In this document: positions 62,210 to 64,000 of the stretch, piece after piece | How the letters are laid out: each line of letters starts with the position of its first letter | Numbering within the stretch: position 1 is the first letter of the stretch | Source of the DNA: a virus | Taxonomy: Duplodnaviria; Caudoviricetes | Reading direction: 5' to 3' (one strand) | IMG/VR virus record: IMGVR_UViG_3300029288_000063 | Coordinates: 189,103 to 253,102 of that record | Length of the DNA stretch: 64,000 nucleotides | Notes under the pieces: model-generated | Told to the model about the DNA's origin: nothing | The model's database searches: none | Seen by the model: the letters and a program-made list of their open reading frames with translations, nothing else | Made by a program: the position numbers and the translations under genes

Positions 62210-64000
62210 ATGTCGCTTATTGTGAAGATACAAAAGAAGGGGTTGATTCATCCCCCGAGTTGGCTCCCCGAAAACACCCACTACCTTGTGATGATGGGCA
62301 GCGAAGCCTATGGCTGTTCGTCCGGAAAGTCCGATATGGACTTGTATGGGTGGTGTGTGCCCCCGAAGGACATGGTGTTTCCGCACCTTGCCGGTGAAAT
62401 TACCGGGTTCGGTCGCCAAGCTAAGCGGTTCGAGGTTTGGCAGGAGCATCATATTGACGACAAGGATGTTGGCAAGCAGTACGACTTTGCCATCTACAGC
62501 GTCGTGAAGTTCTTTCACCTGTGCATGGAAAACAACCCCAACATGGTGGATGCCCTGTTTGTGCCCACGCGTTGCGTGCTGCACTGCACGTCGCTCGCGA
62601 ACATCATGCGTGACAACCGCAAGCTGTTTCTTCACAAGGGCTGTTGGCACAAGTTCCGTGGATATGCGTATAGCCAGCTCCACAAGATGGCTATCAAGAA
62701 CCCTGAGCCGGGTTCCAAGCGTCACGCTCTTGTGCAGGAGTTCGGATTCGACTGTTATTTAGAGTCTGAGACGGAGTTTCTAACCGCCTCGGGGTGGAAA
62801 CGATACCATAATATTGGAGAGGTGGACCTTCTGGCCGAGGTTGACCCCAAGTCTGGCGAGTTGTGCTTTTCAAGGCCAACCGGCAGAGTTTGTCGGGCGC
62901 ACTCTGGCCCCATGTATGTCCTTGAGCCATATATGAGCCGGTGTGTGGTTACGCCAAACCACAATATGCTAGTTTCCGTGGCTCACCGGGGGAAGAACGG
63001 GTACACCTACGAAGACAAAGATGCTTCGTGGTCGCTGACTCCGATGAAGAGTATCATTGATGGGAGTCGCTCTTGGTATCATGTTCGTCGTTCTTCTGCC
63101 CCAAGAGCGAAGGCTTACGCTGTAGAAGACGACTATCTCAAGTTGTCTGGACTCTTTGTTTCTGAAGGTTCTTTTGGGTTTTGTAATGGAAAGGTCAAAG
63201 AGGCTCGCCTGACTCAAACTCCGAACGGTAAATTGTCTTTTTACGGCGAAGCCGATGCCCTTGTTCCTCATCGTTATGACTACGAGAAGGAGTCTGTTTG
63301 GGTGATTGGTAGAAAGATGGCCGAACGCCTGTATTTAGATTTTGGTCATGGTTCTCGAAACAAAAGGCTCCCTGCGTGGTCGCTCCAATTGTCTTTCGAC
63401 CAAGCTCGGACTTTTTGGGATTATTTGTGCTTGGGCGACGGAACCTATACTGAAAATGGGGATGTCTATTACACCATCAATGAGGGCTTGGCTGGGGATA
63501 TTCAGGCTATGATGGTGTCTGCTGGACATCTGTGTTCTGTTCGAGGACCTTTTTCAAGCATCTGTTCTTTTACTGGAAAACCCGTCGAGTCTTTTCAGGT
63601 CTATCTATCTGAAGAAGGGGCGTTTCGGTGTGTTGACTTCAAGAGCAAGTCTCGATTTCTTCGCCACGGTCAAGTTCCTGACACGGGAAAGGGTTATTCT
63701 CTCAAGGAGATAATGGTTGACCAGCAGTTGGTGGTATGCTTTGAAATGCCTTTTGGGACATTAGTCACAAGGAGCAAAGGCAGGGTTGCCATCCAAGGAA
63801 ACTGCAAGTTCGCGTATCACGTTGTTCGCCTGATGTTGGAAGTCGAGCAGATTCTCGTCGAGCAAGACCTCAATCTCGAACGCAACAGTGAAATCTTGAA
63901 GGCGATTCGGCGAGGCGAATGGTCGGAACAGCGTATTCGTGATTTCCTGTCCGAAAAGGAAAGCTCTTTGGAGGAGTTTTACCACAAGAGCACGCTGCCG
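62210..64000 (+). CDS. RlaP/PF10127-like nucleotidyltransferase (pol-beta superfamily) with intein, 3'-truncated; absent from ORF track
   Basis: Manual translation from ATG 62210 (GGAGG RBS): MMGSEAYG..SDMD, NNPNMVDALF, FRGYAYSQL, FGFD|intein|CKFAYHVVRL..LKAIRRGEW; frame open to the window end. Confidence 0.88.
   Translation, partial: MSLIVKIQKKGLIHPPSWLPENTHYLVMMGSEAYGCSSGKSDMDLYGWCVPPKDMVFPHLAGEITGFGRQAKRFEVWQEHHIDDKDVGKQYDFAIYSVVKFFHLCMENNPNMVDALFVPTRCVLHCTSLANIMRDNRKLFLHKGCWHKFRGYAYSQLHKMAIKNPEPGSKRHALVQEFGFDCYLESETEFLTASGWKRYHNIGEVDLLAEVDPKSGELCFSRPTGRVCRAHSGPMYVLEPYMSRCVVTPNHNMLVSVAHRGKNGYTYEDKDASWSLTPMKSIIDGSRSWYHVRRSSAPRAKAYAVEDDYLKLSGLFVSEGSFGFCNGKVKEARLTQTPNGKLSFYGEADALVPHRYDYEKESVWVIGRKMAERLYLDFGHGSRNKRLPAWSLQLSFDQARTFWDYLCLGDGTYTENGDVYYTINEGLAGDIQAMMVSAGHLCSVRGPFSSICSFTGKPVESFQVYLSEEGAFRCVDFKSKSRFLRHGQVPDTGKGYSLKEIMVDQQLVVCFEMPFGTLVTRSKGRVAIQGNCKFAYHVVRLMLEVEQILVEQDLNLERNSEILKAIRRGEWSEQRIRDFLSEKESSLEEFYHKSTLP
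62753..63802 (+). mobile_element. intein (350 aa, LAGLIDADG) in the nucleotidyltransferase
   Basis: CYLESETEFLTASGW; VTPNH; LSGLFVSEG and FWDYLCLGDG; ends VVCFEM..AIQGN|C. Confidence 0.9.

Noticed and set aside
62162-63985. Short ORFs listed in the track at the right end
   Set aside because: Explained by the single + strand nucleotidyltransferase/intein frame from 62210

Overview
This is a 64-kb segment of a large, probably jumbo, tailed phage genome. It is densely coded in the standard genetic code and almost entirely on the + strand. From left to right it contains: (1) a minus-strand HNH/winged-helix gene; (2) a run of unrelated small or modular proteins sharing an amphipathic 'IAxELxxIAxxL' leader, which are candidate head-packaged cargo (one has a ChaB domain); (3) a metacaspase; (4) a fibre/receptor-binding cluster with two fibres sharing an N-terminal domain, LamG domains, collagen repeats, a PLA2-like gene and an intein-containing GT4 glycosyltransferase; (5) neck genes interspersed with more leader-bearing proteins, including an encapsulin-cargo-type ferritin-like protein; (6) a tail module with three tube paralogs, three chaperone paralogs, a 1792-aa tape measure and hub/tip proteins; (7) two ECF-sigma-like paralogs; (8) class III RNR (nrdD with two inteins, a redoxin and nrdG); (9) three tandem ParB-methyltransferase fusions, the middle one with degenerate MTase motifs and an inserted PLP enzyme, which is a candidate new DNA hypermodification system; (10) five small Cys-rich paralogs; (11) an intein-split RlaP-like nucleotidyltransferase running off the right end and missing from the ORF track. 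All assignments come from motif recognition by eye; no database searches were run.
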